A DNA stretch of 63,520 bases, filler included, from Saprolegnia diclina VS20 (Eukaryota): assembly GCF_000281045.1 (NCBI RefSeq). It is 5 parts of 4 records of this genome, joined end to end, with 100 filler letters (N's around TTAATTAATTAA, not from the genome) between each part and the next. Parts side by side here need not be neighbours in the genome. Positions count along the whole stretch, not along the records: positions 1 to 26,219 come from NW_008246129.1; positions 26,320 to 40,805 come from NW_008246130.1; 3 more parts are not named here. One strand, given 5' to 3'. The position numbers and the translations under genes were made by a program. Shown here piece after piece: positions 23,660 through 35,488 of this stretch. The notes below the pieces were generated by a model, which made no database searches, had not been told where the DNA came from, and saw only the letters and a program-made list of their open reading frames with translations. Numbering within the stretch: the first letter of the stretch is position 1; each line of letters opens with the position of its first letter.

Positions 23660-26219
23660 TCAGAGCTTGGCGAGGCCCGGGATCTCGGCGAGGAGGTCTG
23701 CAATGTCCATCGACTTGGGACCGCCCAGCGGCACCTTGCGGAAGGTCGCGAGGCGCCGCGCCAGCACGTCGAGTTCCTTGCCCTAGTCGCGATCAGTACC
23801 ACGCATCGTGTCATATGAATGTACGTCGTGGTAGCGCGCCGTGAGGAGAACGAGGGTCCGCGGCGTGGCCCCGCGAGTCTTGGCGGGCTCTTGGACCATG
23901 TGCACGACGCTCCAGCGCTCGAGGATCGCGAGTGCGTTCTGGAGCGTCTCGAGCGAGCACGCCTCATAGTGCGCAATGATGCGTTCGTGGTACATCTAAT
24001 GTACGTCACCCTCGGAAAACGACGCATCACGCGATACCGTCTCGGCGAGCCACTGCATGCGGCGTACGAGGTCGCTCGGCGACATACCGTCGCCCGACTT
24101 GAGCACGAGCAAACTCGCGACCGCGACCCAGTAGCTAGTATGTGCGGATGACGACTCGTTATCAATCGACGGCGCACCTGTCGATGAAGGGCCAAATCGC
24201 CGCACACAAGAGCGTTTGAATCGACTGGCTCGTCGGCGTCGGCGTCATCGTGTGGACCCTACAGCGCGATTGAGCCGAAAACAACATTATATGTCTAACG
24301 TACGTCGACGCAAAGATACCGCGCTCTTCCATGCCAGCGAGTGTCTTTTCGAGGGTAGCTCGGCCGTCCGCGTAGTACTTGGAGACAAACTCGATCGAGA
24401 GCATTTCATGCAAGAAGACGGCGCTGTCGAGCAGTTCTTTGGTGGGCACGCCCTGCGCATTGTGCAGCGGTTGTGTTGGGCGCGCAGGTAAACATACCTC
24501 GCTGCTGCCGTTGGCGGCGAGCGCTTGGTAGGCGCAGGCCAAAACGCCTTCTTCGTTGAACCAGTGAAGTACCTTGTTGCGGTAGTAGCCGAGCCCAATC
24601 ATGTTTTGGTACTGGTCGCGCTACACAGAGACATCAAGAACGCGTCGATCGTCCATCGACCGTACGTTGGTGATGGCAGGCTCGACGAGGTCCTTCCGGC
24701 GCCAAACGACAAACTCTTCCAGCAGCGCCAGCGCCCTACGCCCAATAGAATTAGAGTCGTCACCAAAGCAAAACGACGCACCGCTCGACAATGGCGACGC
24801 GGCTGCGACCTTGGCAGCTCAGCACTCTGCCGCCACGCTGCACGACCTGCGACCGGAGCCAATCGGTTTGGGCCACGAGCTGCTCCCTACGCATCCCATG
24901 TTTTAGAGTCGAGTGCGAACGACCTGTGCACTGACTTGGAGATGCCGTTGCGGAAGAGGAGGAGGATCGTTGCGACGAGGTGCGTCGGCGTGCACGTGGC
25001 TTTTTGCACGAGCGACTCGGTCACTGCGTACGCGAGGTCCGTCACGAGCGAGATCGGTTCGTTCGTCACCGAGTCACGGACGTCGGCTTTGGCGTGGGCG
25101 GCCACAAACTCCTTGACGTGGATCGCGGGCGCAAACTGCACCGAGATCGACCCAAAGTCCTTGCGCAAGACATGCGCCGACTTGAGGAGCGCGCCGAGCG
25201 ACTACGACATCGGATTGCAAAATGAGGGCGTACGAGCAAAAAGTACCTCCTTGATCTTGCCTTCACCGAGCATCTCCTTCTGGTGCACGCCAAGCTCCAC
25301 GGGCTTGTCATAGTCGATGGTGACAGGCACGATATGAATCTACAGCAACAGACCTCAGCCCATGGACTCAGATGAGGAACGAGCGACGAACGTTCTTGAC
25401 GCGGCCCGATTCAAAGCTCTTGACGATCGTCGAGAGCATGCCAAACTGAGGGCGCAGTTGCTTGCCGCTGCGGCTGCGCGTGCCCTCGAGGAAGAACTCG
25501 ACCGTGTGGCCCTTCCCGAGCAAGTACTAGACAAGCATAAGTGTCGATATTTCTTGTCGAGAGCTACCTGCGTGTACTCGGTAAAGATGGCCGAGTACAA
25601 TGGGTCGTTCTTGAAGGACCGGCGGATAAAGAACGCGCCACCCTTGCGCAGCAGGTCCGAGATCGCACTACGCACAGCGCGTCAAGGACGGCGAGACACG
25701 CGTACGTGCATACCCCATATTGAGAAAGTCTTCGCCCGCGAGCACAAACGGGATCGGGATGTTGTACGCAAAGAAGAGGTACGTCATCATGAGAAAGTCC
25801 ATGTACGAGCGGTGCGTCGGGATGAGTACGAGCGGACCTTCGCGGACCTTGACGAGGTTGCGGATCGCCTCAAGGCCGGCTTCGTCTACCACGATCTTGT
25901 CGTACATGTGACGCCACACCTGCGACGCCATCATTGGGCGATCTGTCTATATGGAAATGGAGAGAGAAACCTTGCGGAGGAGCCAGCCCGCCTTGCGCGC
26001 GGCCGAGTAGTCAATGTTGGACGCCATGCGGTTCAGAATCGAGAGCGCCTCGGCCTCGATCTCGTGCCGAGAAAGCTTCGGGTTGGCTGCCGCCTTGGCC
26101 GCGACGGCCTCGCGCACCGAAGACGACTCGAGGATCACATTGCGGATGGACGCGATCGAGTCGGCGGGTACGCGCGGTACGTGGCTCGCCTCGTGATGCA
26201 TGCCCTCGCGCCAGCCTGC
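23660..26219 (-). CDS. GNPAT: Peroxisomal dihydroxyacetone-phosphate / glycerol-3-phosphate acyltransferase, 5' end lost in assembly gap
   Basis: PlsC motifs PTHRSYMDF, GAFFIRRSF, EFFLEGTRSRSGK, IVPVTIDYDK; spliced C-terminus ...AEIPGLAKL-TGA is a PTS1 signal. Confidence 0.88.
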
Positions 26220-26319
26220 NNNNNNNNNNNNNNNNNNNNNNNNNNNNNNNNNNNNNNNNNNNNTTAATTAATTAANNNNNNNNNNNNNNNNNNNNNNNNN
26301 NNNNNNNNNNNNNNNNNNN
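26220..26319. other. Assembly gap with artificial TTAATTAATTAA six-frame-stop linker (same linker in gaps near 40850, 61022 and 62437)
   Basis: Identical 12-mer centred in N runs at four gaps. Confidence 0.95.
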
Positions 26320-26520
26320 ACACTCACGTTTCGATCTATGCGTCTCTCCTTGACGCTCCTCGGGGAGACCCTGGGATCTCTTGGGTCATCACTTCGTCAA
26401 CTTATAGCCACGGCTAAACCTTCCGGACTTGAGAGGTCTTTGGGCGCCAAATGACGGCGCCATGGTCGCCTCCCGGCAATACCTCAGAAACAAAAGGCAA
26501 GAATTTTGATTGACACTTCT

Positions 26521-28118
26521 TTATACGTCGCCGTCATCGTGGCATATTACGGAAGGCGCCTCATGGGTCGGGGATAGCAGCTGTGTGTGGAGCTCGTTGC
26601 ACTCGACGGGTTCATAAATGAAGCGCACGAGGAGCAGCACGGCAAGTGTCGGTGCCAGCAAAAGGAGGAGGACGTAGTTATTGTTGCCGTCAAATGTATG
26701 CTGGGCGAGCGGCGTGAGCGCATAGCTGAGGAGGCAAAAGGAGAAGACGAGCAGCATCGCCGTGGCTGAGAGGAGACCGTAGAGTTTGCTGGGAAAGCAC
26801 GTCACTAGTCAAAGTGTCAAGTTTTCAAGTAGAAAAAAGGTCGGCACGTACTGATGTAGGCGTACTGCATCGACGTGAGCGCCCCGACGCCGAGAGCCAG
26901 AAGAAGATACCCGAGCACTTGGCCGTGAAGCGACGGCAGCATCAAGGCGCCGCAGAGCAAAGCAAACACGAGGATCGTCAAGACAGCCACCTTGCGAAAG
27001 CCCACGCGGTCAATGAGGAAGCCCATGGGTGGCGCAAAGAGGAAAGACGCGTTCGAGACGAGCGGGTACACGTAGTTGGTGTACGTGTTTTGCTCGTCGA
27101 GGTCATTTGGTGCTAGACGCTTGACCATGTTGGGAATCGCTCCACCGACAAAGACATTGGTGAGCGTCAAGACCGCCCCGATCGAAACAAATGCCCAGAA
27201 GTCCCGACGACGCATCTGCTGCTTGAAGCTAGCGTAGAGGCCTCGGAATTTGGACAACTACAAAGACTCTTCGTCAGTCGATATAGCGTCCGACACGCAA
27301 CGTACATTTGCATGGGGCCGGCCCAAGGCAAGACCAGGAATCTGCACCGACGCAGCGACCGCCGAGACGTGTTCGACGGGGTAAAGCACAAAGCAAAGCA
27401 CTGCGCAGAGGGCGACGAGCCCGCTACACACTTTGTGAGCGCCACTTGGAGATGCAACTTGAAGGGTGTACGCATAAACGTGGAAGAACGTGGCGCGCGC
27501 AATGGGCAGTTCGAGCAACACGTACACGTAGCCCGAAGCGTAAAAGGCAGCGACGAGGATGCCGCAGTAGATGGACGGCGTCGCAAACAGCTCCGAGAGC
27601 TGGAGGGACGCGAAGAGGACGCCCATACCGCCAAAGCCCACGAGTGCATAGCCGGTGAGGAGGAGGCCGTCGCGCGAGTCGCCGATCGCGAGGCAAAGGT
27701 TGCCAGCGATCGTAAACTAAAATGCCAGTTAGCAACGTTGGGCTAGGAAGTTGATGACAATGTGTACAATGGCTGCGATCGTTGACGTGTAGCGAGGCCC
27801 AACGATGTCGAGGGTCGCGCCAAAAACCGCTTGGCCGAGCACGACGCAGAGAAACCCCGTCGAGTAGACGTTCTGTAGCTGGACCTCTTGCTCGGGGCAG
27901 ACGCGCGTCATATGAAGCGGGCAAAGCTCGTGCCATTGGTGCTCGCTCACCAGGCGTGTGTACACGGGGCCAAATCTAATGGTTGACAGTGGAATGGCTC
28001 ATGATGAGAGAATGACGAGGATGGCGCGATACCCGAGGATGAGGCCGCCGGACGAGACGACCGTGACGAGCGTCGCAGCGGCAAAGAGCACTTCGCGTGA
28101 GAGCGTCATCGATGTCAT
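26521..28118 (-). CDS. MFS transporter, SLC43/LAT3 (FMP42-like) family, multi-exon
   Basis: SSGGLILG-FGPVYTRLVSEHQWHELCP...CPEQEVQLQNVYSTGF...FGATLDIVGPR; PPMGFLIDRVG; FPSKLYGLLSA; about 12 TM helices. Confidence 0.85.
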
Positions 28119-28229
28119 GACGCCGATTTGGAAATGGGGTCAACGGCAGTCCAGAAGATGATTATTGGCTTTTCGTCCCTATACAAAATATGGACGCAGA
28201 ACACTGGACGCAAAATATTCCTTCGAGCA

Positions 28230-28540
28230 CCTGGGCGAAGCGGACCAGAGACAGGCGTGTCACGCGTGCTGTGTTTTCCAAGCTCTGCGAGTCCTCTCGG
28301 AGGGTCTTTTGCGATGAAGTCCGCGTCGGAAAGACTCAATTGTACATATTTGCGTGAAGCGACCAGCACGAGCGACCAAGCAAGGCCCACGTTGTCTTCC
28401 CACTTCAGATATTGCGAGCGACTAGCTACTGTAGTCGTTGTACTGCTTGTGCTTGCGTATGGATTGCCATCGATGACATATTCGACGCTGCACTTTGAGC
28501 GGGAAGATTGCGCGCCGGTTCGAATTTCCACCGATGCACC
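28230..28540 (-). pseudogene. Degenerate C2-domain-like fragment
   Basis: ARNLPA in one frame, then IDGNPYA..TTTVASRSQYLKWED..VQLSLSDADFIAKDPPRGLAEL in another; motif order matches C2 domains; no ATG-initiated intact frame. Confidence 0.35.
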
Positions 28541-28580
28541 AATCCGTGCGTGGTATCTTGTTGAATTTTATCCAATGAAA

Positions 28581-28596
28581 TCATTTTCGGAATTTG
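28581..28596 (+). promoter_or_regulatory. INR+FPR-like core promoter of the OCA1-like gene
   Basis: TCATTTTCGGAATTTG about 30 nt before ATG 28610, with CCAAT immediately upstream. Confidence 0.55.
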
Positions 28597-28609
28597 CAGC
28601 CAAGGGCCC

Positions 28610-29140
28610 ATGTCGTACTTCATCCCGCCGGTCAACTATGGCATGATCGAGGAGGACCTCTACCGCAGTGGCATCCCGAACGAGCTCAACTTCCCCTTCC
28701 TCGAGCGCCTGAACCTGCGCAAGATCGTGTACCTCGCGCCAGAGGAGCCCAACCCGCAGCTCTTGAGCTTCGTCGAGGAGCAAGAGATCGAGCTCGTCGT
28801 TCTCGGCGGCAACACCAAGCTCGAGAGCCGCCGAAAGGCGTGGGAGCCCATGAGTGAAGAGACAGTCCTCGCCGCCCTCGACATCCTCCTCGACCGCTCC
28901 AACTACCCGCTCTTCTTGACCTGCCACCTCGGCCGCGACCGGACCGGCGCCGTCGTCGGCTGCCTCCGCAAGATCCAGCAGTGGCACCTCTCGTCCATCT
29001 TTGAGGAGTACCGGCGCTTTGCCGGGTCCAAGGTTCGTCTCCAGAACGAGCAGTTCATCGAGCTCTTCGACACGGACCTCGTGACGATCCCGACCAATCC
29101 GCCCAACTGGATCAAGACCCACATGATCGCTGGTCCTTAA
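28610..29140 (+). CDS. OCA1: PFA-DSP (Siw14/OCA1 family) atypical dual-specificity phosphatase
   Basis: FIPPVNYGMIEEDLYRSG.PNELNFPFL; CX5R loop CHLGRDRTG; GCLRKIQQW..IFEEYRRFAG. Confidence 0.9.
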   Translation: MSYFIPPVNYGMIEEDLYRSGIPNELNFPFLERLNLRKIVYLAPEEPNPQLLSFVEEQEIELVVLGGNTKLESRRKAWEPMSEETVLAALDILLDRSNYPLFLTCHLGRDRTGAVVGCLRKIQQWHLSSIFEEYRRFAGSKVRLQNEQFIELFDTDLVTIPTNPPNWIKTHMIAGP

Positions 29141-29283
29141 GCCACCAACAGGCTCTTCCTCCATGTACTAAGCCTCTTCTGCAACACGTGGCAAGACGCA
29201 AGGAGGCAGCTCCTTCCAATTTAAACATACACGGGCGCAAGCGTAAGGGGCGCGCTGCCCAACGCATTGGCTTCGTTGCTTGC

Positions 29284-29681
29284 TTAGCAGCCGCCGACCT
29301 GCTCGAGCGCGCAGTCGATCTGGTCCTGGTCCTCGAGTTCCAACTACACCATTGTCATCATGAGCTGTGCCCATGGGCTTGACGGGGAGGCGTGTTACCA
29401 TCTTCGGGGTCTGGTCCGCGGCAATGCGCGTACCGTCCAAGAGGAAGCGGAGCGCCGTGACCGGCACGCCCTTGCGCTGGGCATACGCGGAGAAGATCTT
29501 CTCCATCTTGGTGTGGGGCTTGACCTTGAAGAAGGTTTCTTCGCCTGACTAGATGCACATAGCGACGTCAACCTCGATTCCTACGTTTGCATCTTCGTAC
29601 CTGGTCCTTCACGCGGATCGTGATCGTCTGCTTCTTGTCCTCGCCATCGGCGCCCGCCTTCGTGTCTTCGTGGTCCGACAT
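29284..29681 (-). CDS. SUMO: Small ubiquitin-like modifier SUMO (3 exons; introns 29549-29600 and 29344-29398)
   Basis: Spliced MSDHED...ITIRVKDQSGEETFFKVKPHTKMEKIFSAYAQRKG..LRFLLDGTRI..QTPKMLELEDQDQIDCALEQVGGC. Confidence 0.95.
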
Positions 29682-29920
29682 GCTTGGAGGCTTTTTGTCT
29701 TTGACCGACGGCTTCTTTTTATGCGTCCAAATCACTTGCTTTGAGTATGCTTCATACAAAATACAAGTATCCCGTGGCAGCCATACATTCAACGCCCCAA
29801 ACCGGCTGCAACCGGCTACTTAACCGACTACAATCCCCGACTTTGCAACCGGCTAACCGACATCCATCCGATCAAATCTAAAAATAGACGCAACAGTCCC
29901 TTGTATCGCCAAAGGAGATC

Positions 29921-31129
29921 ATGACGTCGATGAAGACGAGCCTCATGCAGAGCGATGACGACGAAGTCGACGTCCTCGATGCATCCGCTCCGGCGATTGA
30001 GAGCGCTGGCGGCCCCGCGGTCGCATCGCCCAGCTGCGACGACGACGCCGAGATGGTCACCATCGACGTCCAAGACCCACCGCCCAAGAAGCCCGATGCA
30101 GTCGTCGTCATGGAGGCCCTCAGCGGTGAGAAAGGCGACGGGCGCCATGGCAGCCGCTTCTTACGCACGCTGCACGCCGAGGTTACGCAGGCGACTCCCG
30201 TCGTCCACAGCTACGGCGACGCCGAGGCCAAGCTCGCGGCGAAGCGTCGAACGCAGAACGCGCTCTTGGCCGTCGCAACGAGCCTCGGCGACGACCCATC
30301 CGCGTATGCCATCAACGCGCTGCCGCTTCCGATCCAAGTCGCCTTCCGCGTCAAGGTGCTTGGGATCTTTACGCTCCAGCTGCTCTTGCTGTCCCTGCTG
30401 ACCGTCATCTTGACGTACTCGCCACTGTGCGCTCCGTCGCTGCAGAGCTTTGCCGACCAAGGCAGTGGCGGCGCGGTCGCGGGAAGCGTGATCGTCTCGC
30501 TGCTCGCGCTCTTTCTCTTGTACCTTGTCAAGTACCTGTTCCCGCTCAACTTTGTCATGCTGGCCATCTTTACGAGCATGCAAGCGATCGCGGTCACGAC
30601 CTTGGGGCTCTTCTTCCGCACCCACGCCTCGGTCTTTGCCTGCGTCTTTTGCTTCTTCGTCGTGCTCTTCATGACGTTCTTCAGCACGCGCACGCGCATC
30701 AAGCGCGAGGTCGACGGGCCGCGCGTCGTGCTCCTCTCGACGCCGGTCGCCGGCATGATAGCGTATGCGCTCGTCGGATTTGTTGCGTGCTTGATCTACG
30801 CTGGCCAAGGCGCGGCGTTTCTCTCGGGCACGACCTTTGTCATCACCATGTTCTTCACCTTGGGTGTTGTCATGTGGTTTGCATTCGACGCGTCCTGCAT
30901 GTACCAGATCATGACGCCGGACGAGTACATGCAAGGCGTCATCTTCTTCTACACGGACCTCATCTTGCTTTTCATCTTCCTCCTCGTCATGGGCGTCTGC
31001 GTCGCGGCCTGTGACGGCGGCGCGCCCATAGCGTGCTTCGGCAACTGCGGCGCGATCATGACCGACGCGCCCGACGACGAGAACGAAAGCCTCGAACCGC
31101 CTTGCCCGACCCAGGCCGATGCCACGTAA
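29921..31129 (+). CDS. Bax inhibitor-1 / TMBIM (Lifeguard-type) membrane protein
   Basis: FRVKVLGIFTLQLL, FPLNFVMLAIFT, FAFDAS...TPDEYMQGVIFFYTDLILLF; 7 TM helices. Confidence 0.85.
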   Translation: MTSMKTSLMQSDDDEVDVLDASAPAIESAGGPAVASPSCDDDAEMVTIDVQDPPPKKPDAVVVMEALSGEKGDGRHGSRFLRTLHAEVTQATPVVHSYGDAEAKLAAKRRTQNALLAVATSLGDDPSAYAINALPLPIQVAFRVKVLGIFTLQLLLLSLLTVILTYSPLCAPSLQSFADQGSGGAVAGSVIVSLLALFLLYLVKYLFPLNFVMLAIFTSMQAIAVTTLGLFFRTHASVFACVFCFFVVLFMTFFSTRTRIKREVDGPRVVLLSTPVAGMIAYALVGFVACLIYAGQGAAFLSGTTFVITMFFTLGVVMWFAFDASCMYQIMTPDEYMQGVIFFYTDLILLFIFLLVMGVCVAACDGGAPIACFGNCGAIMTDAPDDENESLEPPCPTQADAT

Positions 31130-32163
31130 TTGCTCACCAATCCTACATCCCAACACTTCCATCGTCCACGTTGCTGGCTCTGATACTAGTATATGCATGG
31201 GTTGGCCTTGCAGCAGCCAAGATGACAGGTGAGATGAGACTACACTGCTCCTTGCAGTCGAGACGACACGTGGAGTTGGGCTGCGTGGGACGATAAGACG
31301 GTAGGAGACTACACCGTATGACAACCATGCTGCGAGAACGACGCTGCAAACCGCCGTGGCATGCGATGCTGATGGCATGTCCAGCGGACAGCGCTTCGGG
31401 CTACGACGTGCGAGTGTTGTTGCCGCTATCGTGGCCAGAGACGAATGGTACCGCTACAGTAGGCTGCGAAGTTCCCATCGTCTTCGGCGGGATTCCTTGA
31501 CACGATGGCCTGTCGCTTTCGCCACCAATTGGCTGCCGTCGCGCCGCATGCGCCAGTGTACACAAGCATGGCTTGCTTGGCCTGCGCTGGGTAGTAAAGT
31601 AATAGAGGCGGCTACATGCAGCGGCGCCGTGCACCAAGGCGACAAGGCACCTACATGTGTTGCTGCAACTGATATGCAGCACGCAGCCAGATGTCGCCAT
31701 GACCTACCGGTCCCCATTGCGCGATCGCGCTGCCTCCGTCGCAGGCGAGGCTTCCATGGTGAGGTCCTTCCTGGAGTAGTACATGAGCGCAGTAGCCGCT
31801 GCGCCTGGGCCGCGAGCATCTTCGGAGGCTTCCTCCATCGGCCAAAGTCCACGTGGTGGCGTCGCGTCTTGCGACTGGCCAATAATTGCTCACCACCCAC
31901 GGGTCTTCCTTGGAAGAAACATTGAAAATCTACCTAGTTTTAACCAATCTATTTTTCGTATTTTATGCATTCTGCATTTTTATTGTATTGCTCACAAATA
32001 CAACGATACATGGTAATTTAAAATGCAAAGGAAGGATAAAAAAGAAACCACGTGGATTCGCTGCCAGGATCGCCTCGCCGTGTTATTGGCCAAAAGCTGC
32101 GAGTGACCGAAGAAGCGGCGGCGCCGACCACCTCCATCTTCGTCTCTTCCTTCCCGGGTCGCC

Positions 32164-34023
32164 ATGTCCAAGATCTCCAAGTCCAAGCGCAACTACCTCT
32201 ACAGCCCATACCAGCTCAATGTACATCACCATGCACGAGTCGGTGCACGGCGCTCACGGCCAGCGTAGGATGGCCTCGCCGATGCGCCGCCGGATGACAC
32301 TACCGCCTTTGTCGACCCGGTGCTAAGGTACGCTGCCTGCGCTTTTGCCGTCATGCAACTCATGCGCATGCTGATCAGCGGCCTGCCTGCCAATTTGTCG
32401 CGCAACCTCTGGGACGACTGGAGCGAAGAGACGATGCTCCAGGACGATACGACGCTGGCCAACTTTGCCAGCGGCATGGACATGACGTTTCCAGATGCAC
32501 CGAGAAAGCCGCGTGCCAACTCGTACAATTTCATCGACGCCATCATCATGGAGGCCAAGCCCGAGCCCGACAACCACAACAGCAACCACGCCAACCACAA
32601 TGGGCTCGGGTTGTCGCCGCCCATACACCTGACGCCAGCGCCGACGAATGGTATGCCCAACTTAGCGCTACACACCAATGGTCTCGGCGCAGAACCAAGC
32701 TCGTACGCGTCCTTTGGCAACAGCCATGTCGAGTACGGCAAGGCGTCATCGACGTGGCAGCCGCAGGAGCCGCCGTCCATGTGGCCCTCCCAGGACAAGC
32801 CGCCGCTACTGCAAGCACAAGCAACTCTACCGAGCCACAGCATGGCACACGCCATGAATGGTCATATGCACCAGCAAGTCGCCATGCTCCCGCCGCAGCA
32901 ACAAACACCGCAGCCATCGCAACATCACCCTGCGACCTCGCAGCAGCAAGGTATGCCCAGCATGATGGCGCAAGCGCCCATGATGCATCCTGGCATGGCT
33001 CCGTACGGCGCGCAGAGCATGATGATGCCCGGCTTCATGTACTCGCAGCCGATGATGGGCTTCAACGCACACCCTGGCATGATGCAACTGCCCATGAACA
33101 TGCTTCCGATGAACGCGATGAGCATGGGCATGATGCCGATGGGTGTGCCGCCGACCGCGCCGGTCCTTGGTATCCCGCCCATGGTCCCGACAGCGCCGGC
33201 CTTTTTGGCTGCCAAGCCGCCGCTCAAGCCCAACGCCGCGCCGTTTGTTCAGATCGCGCGCAAGCCTGGCGCACCCGAAATGAGCTCGATGCTCGCCAAC
33301 CTCCTCGAAGAAGAGGCCGAGAAGAAGAACAAGAAGCTCGAGCGGAATCGCGACTCGGCGCGCGAGAGTCGGCGCAAGCAGCAAAAGTACGTCGAGGTGC
33401 TCGAAGACGGCATCCAGCAGCTCCAGATCACAAAGGAACACATCCAGCGCCACCGGTGGGGCCGGCCGCCGCTGCCACTGGACGCGGTCGTCGGTGTGCC
33501 AGCTCGGCACCGCAACGCGTTCGACATTGTCAAATGGACATCGCGCCAGAAACGGTGGCTCGGGCTGCCGCACAAAGCCCGCTTGCTCGAGCTCCAGCGC
33601 TGCTTTGTCGCGATCGGCCAGACGCTCATGCGGCTGCAGACCAGCGTCCTCGACATGCAGCTCGTGGCCCATGCACTGGACAGCAGCGACCTGGTGGCGT
33701 ACTTGGGGCTCGACCAAGGACAGGTGGCCGCGCTTCATGCGACAGCGCTCGCCATGCGTCGGGAAGAGAGCGTGCGGCTCATGGTGCTCATGAAGGCGTA
33801 CCGAGGCCTCCGACGGTTCGCAGCCGAGCTCTGCGCGCTGGGACCTGATATGGACATGTACTTTCGCGAGCTCATGTCGGGCGAGCAAATGACCAAGTTG
33901 CTGTCGTGGACCGAGTCGGTATGGATGGCCATTCTTTCAAGTTGATACTTACACCTCGCTTCGTAGATGCGCGCCGAGATGGACCGGCTGTCGTTCGCGG
34001 ACGACGACGAGCGACCTATTTAA
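32164..34023 (+). CDS. bZIP transcription factor with Q/M/P-rich activation region (4 exons)
   Basis: KKLERNRDSARESRRKQQKYVEVLEDGIQQL (N-x7-R basic region and zipper); short 5' exons MSKISKSKRNYLYSPYQLN / DGLADAPPDD...; last exon ends at TAA 34021-34023. Confidence 0.85.
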
Positions 34024-34063
34024 CCCAATACACTAGACAACGCACACACTCTTGTCGTTCGTA

Positions 34064-34841
34064 TTAGCAAAGGACGCCGAGGTAGCGCGACGCCTTGTAT
34101 CGCGCTTGGAGCTGCGGCCAATGCACGACAAACTCGTCGGCGACGTAGTAGAGGAGTTTGCCCGAGAGCGAGAGGTGCTCGACGCGTGCAAAGCTCTCGC
34201 AAAAGAGAATCTTGGCGTCGGTCTTGAGCCCGAGAAAGCGCAAGAGGAGCACGGCCGCACACAGCGGGATGCAAGTCCCTTGGCATCGTCAGACAAGCTA
34301 GTCCATAGGTGCAATACCTGGGCCGTTGCAGAGCAAGAGGTCGGGTTGGTAGCGAACGACGATATGCATGCAGTGGACGAACGCATTGGCCGTCGAGAAG
34401 ATCGTCGAGACCCACGATTGCCCGACCTAGTTGGCGTCATAAGATGTGAGAGTCGGCAGGTGATGATGGCACCTCGCGGCTGCGGGGAATCTCAAAGAAA
34501 GCATTTGGCGAGGCCTAGTGGAGCCCATGAGCATGCCATGGGGGAATAGTCGTAGGATCAACCTGGCGCTCAGCGATGGCCTTCTCTCGGCTCGTGTGAT
34601 CGGTGGCCGCCACGACATAGGCCAATGGCGCATACCGCGTCGGCGACAGACGCTTCATGAGCGCGAGCATCTCGGTCGTGTGGCCACCCGACCCGAGAAC
34701 GACGAGCGTCCGGAATGTGGACGTTGATGGCTTGCGCGCGGGTGGCGCGCCGCCTTTGATACGCACCGGGAGGATGCACCAGAGGCGCCATAGCACAAGC
34801 ACCGCGAGGCTCGTTGCTGTCGCAAGGAACGCCGGCCACAT
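34064..34841 (-). CDS. ALG14: UDP-N-acetylglucosamine transferase subunit ALG14
   Basis: N-terminal TM; LVVLGSGGHTTEM; PRSREVGQS; CNGPG; FCESFARVEHLSLSGKLLY..DEFVVHWPQL. Confidence 0.95.
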
Positions 34842-35101
34842 TGCACTTGTTGTCTTTTTGGCCAAATACCTCACTTTTTAACAGGATAAAAACACACCTC
34901 TTAAACATCCCATCGACGCGTGTTGCAGAATATCGCCTGCGCCTCTCGTCAAGAGGCCTTGGGAGCGTTCGCTACCAATTGCTGTGAACGTGCTTGGCGA
35001 CGCGACGTAGACGTAGCGCGTACGAGGGGGAAATATGGATGCGGTAGTGGCCGCGTAATGTGGGTGCGATTAGCCACTATTGCTTCTGGCCTCTCCGCCG
35101 C

Positions 35102-35488
35102 ATGTCGCTCTTCATGGTCGTGGGCTCAACCGAGCCGCTCTACTCGCTGGACGTCAAGCCGCGTAAAGAGGAGACCGCGCACGTCGACGAGTTTGTGCTG
35201 CACTCGGCCCTCGACGTCGTCCACGAGGCAATGTGGGCCAACAACAGCATGTGGCTCAAGGTCGTCGACAAGTTCAACGACCAGTTCGTCTCGGGCTTTG
35301 TGACGGCGACCAACGTCAAGTTTGTATTGCTCCACGAGAGCCGCAACGAAGACGCGATCAAGGCCTTCTTCCTCGACGTCTACGACCTCTACGTCAAGCT
35401 CCTTCTCAACCCGTTCTACACGCACGACACGCCGATCACGTCCAACGACTTTGACACGCGAGTGCGTGCGCTCGCCAAGCGCCTTTAA
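35102..35488 (+). CDS. TRAPPC2: TRAPP complex subunit 2 (Sedlin/Trs20)
   Basis: FVLHSALDVVHEAMW..SMWLKVVDKFNDQFVSGFVT..KFVLLH..IKAFFLDVYDLYVKLLLNPFY. Confidence 0.93.
   Translation: MSLFMVVGSTEPLYSLDVKPRKEETAHVDEFVLHSALDVVHEAMWANNSMWLKVVDKFNDQFVSGFVTATNVKFVLLHESRNEDAIKAFFLDVYDLYVKLLLNPFYTHDTPITSNDFDTRVRALAKRL

Noticed and set aside
26264..26275. Recurrent TTAATTAATTAA (PacI-like palindrome) at four sites
   Set aside because: Always centred in N runs; an artificial scaffold linker with stops in all six frames
31130..32160. Several overlapping ORFs in the 1-kb region upstream of the bZIP gene
   Set aside because: No codon bias or recognisable motifs; treated as regulatory or intergenic DNA
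34020..34023. Second shared-TTAA stop overlap (bZIP/ALG14)
   Set aside because: The ALG14 homologous frame stops at 34064; the ORF ending at 34020 is not the conserved frame
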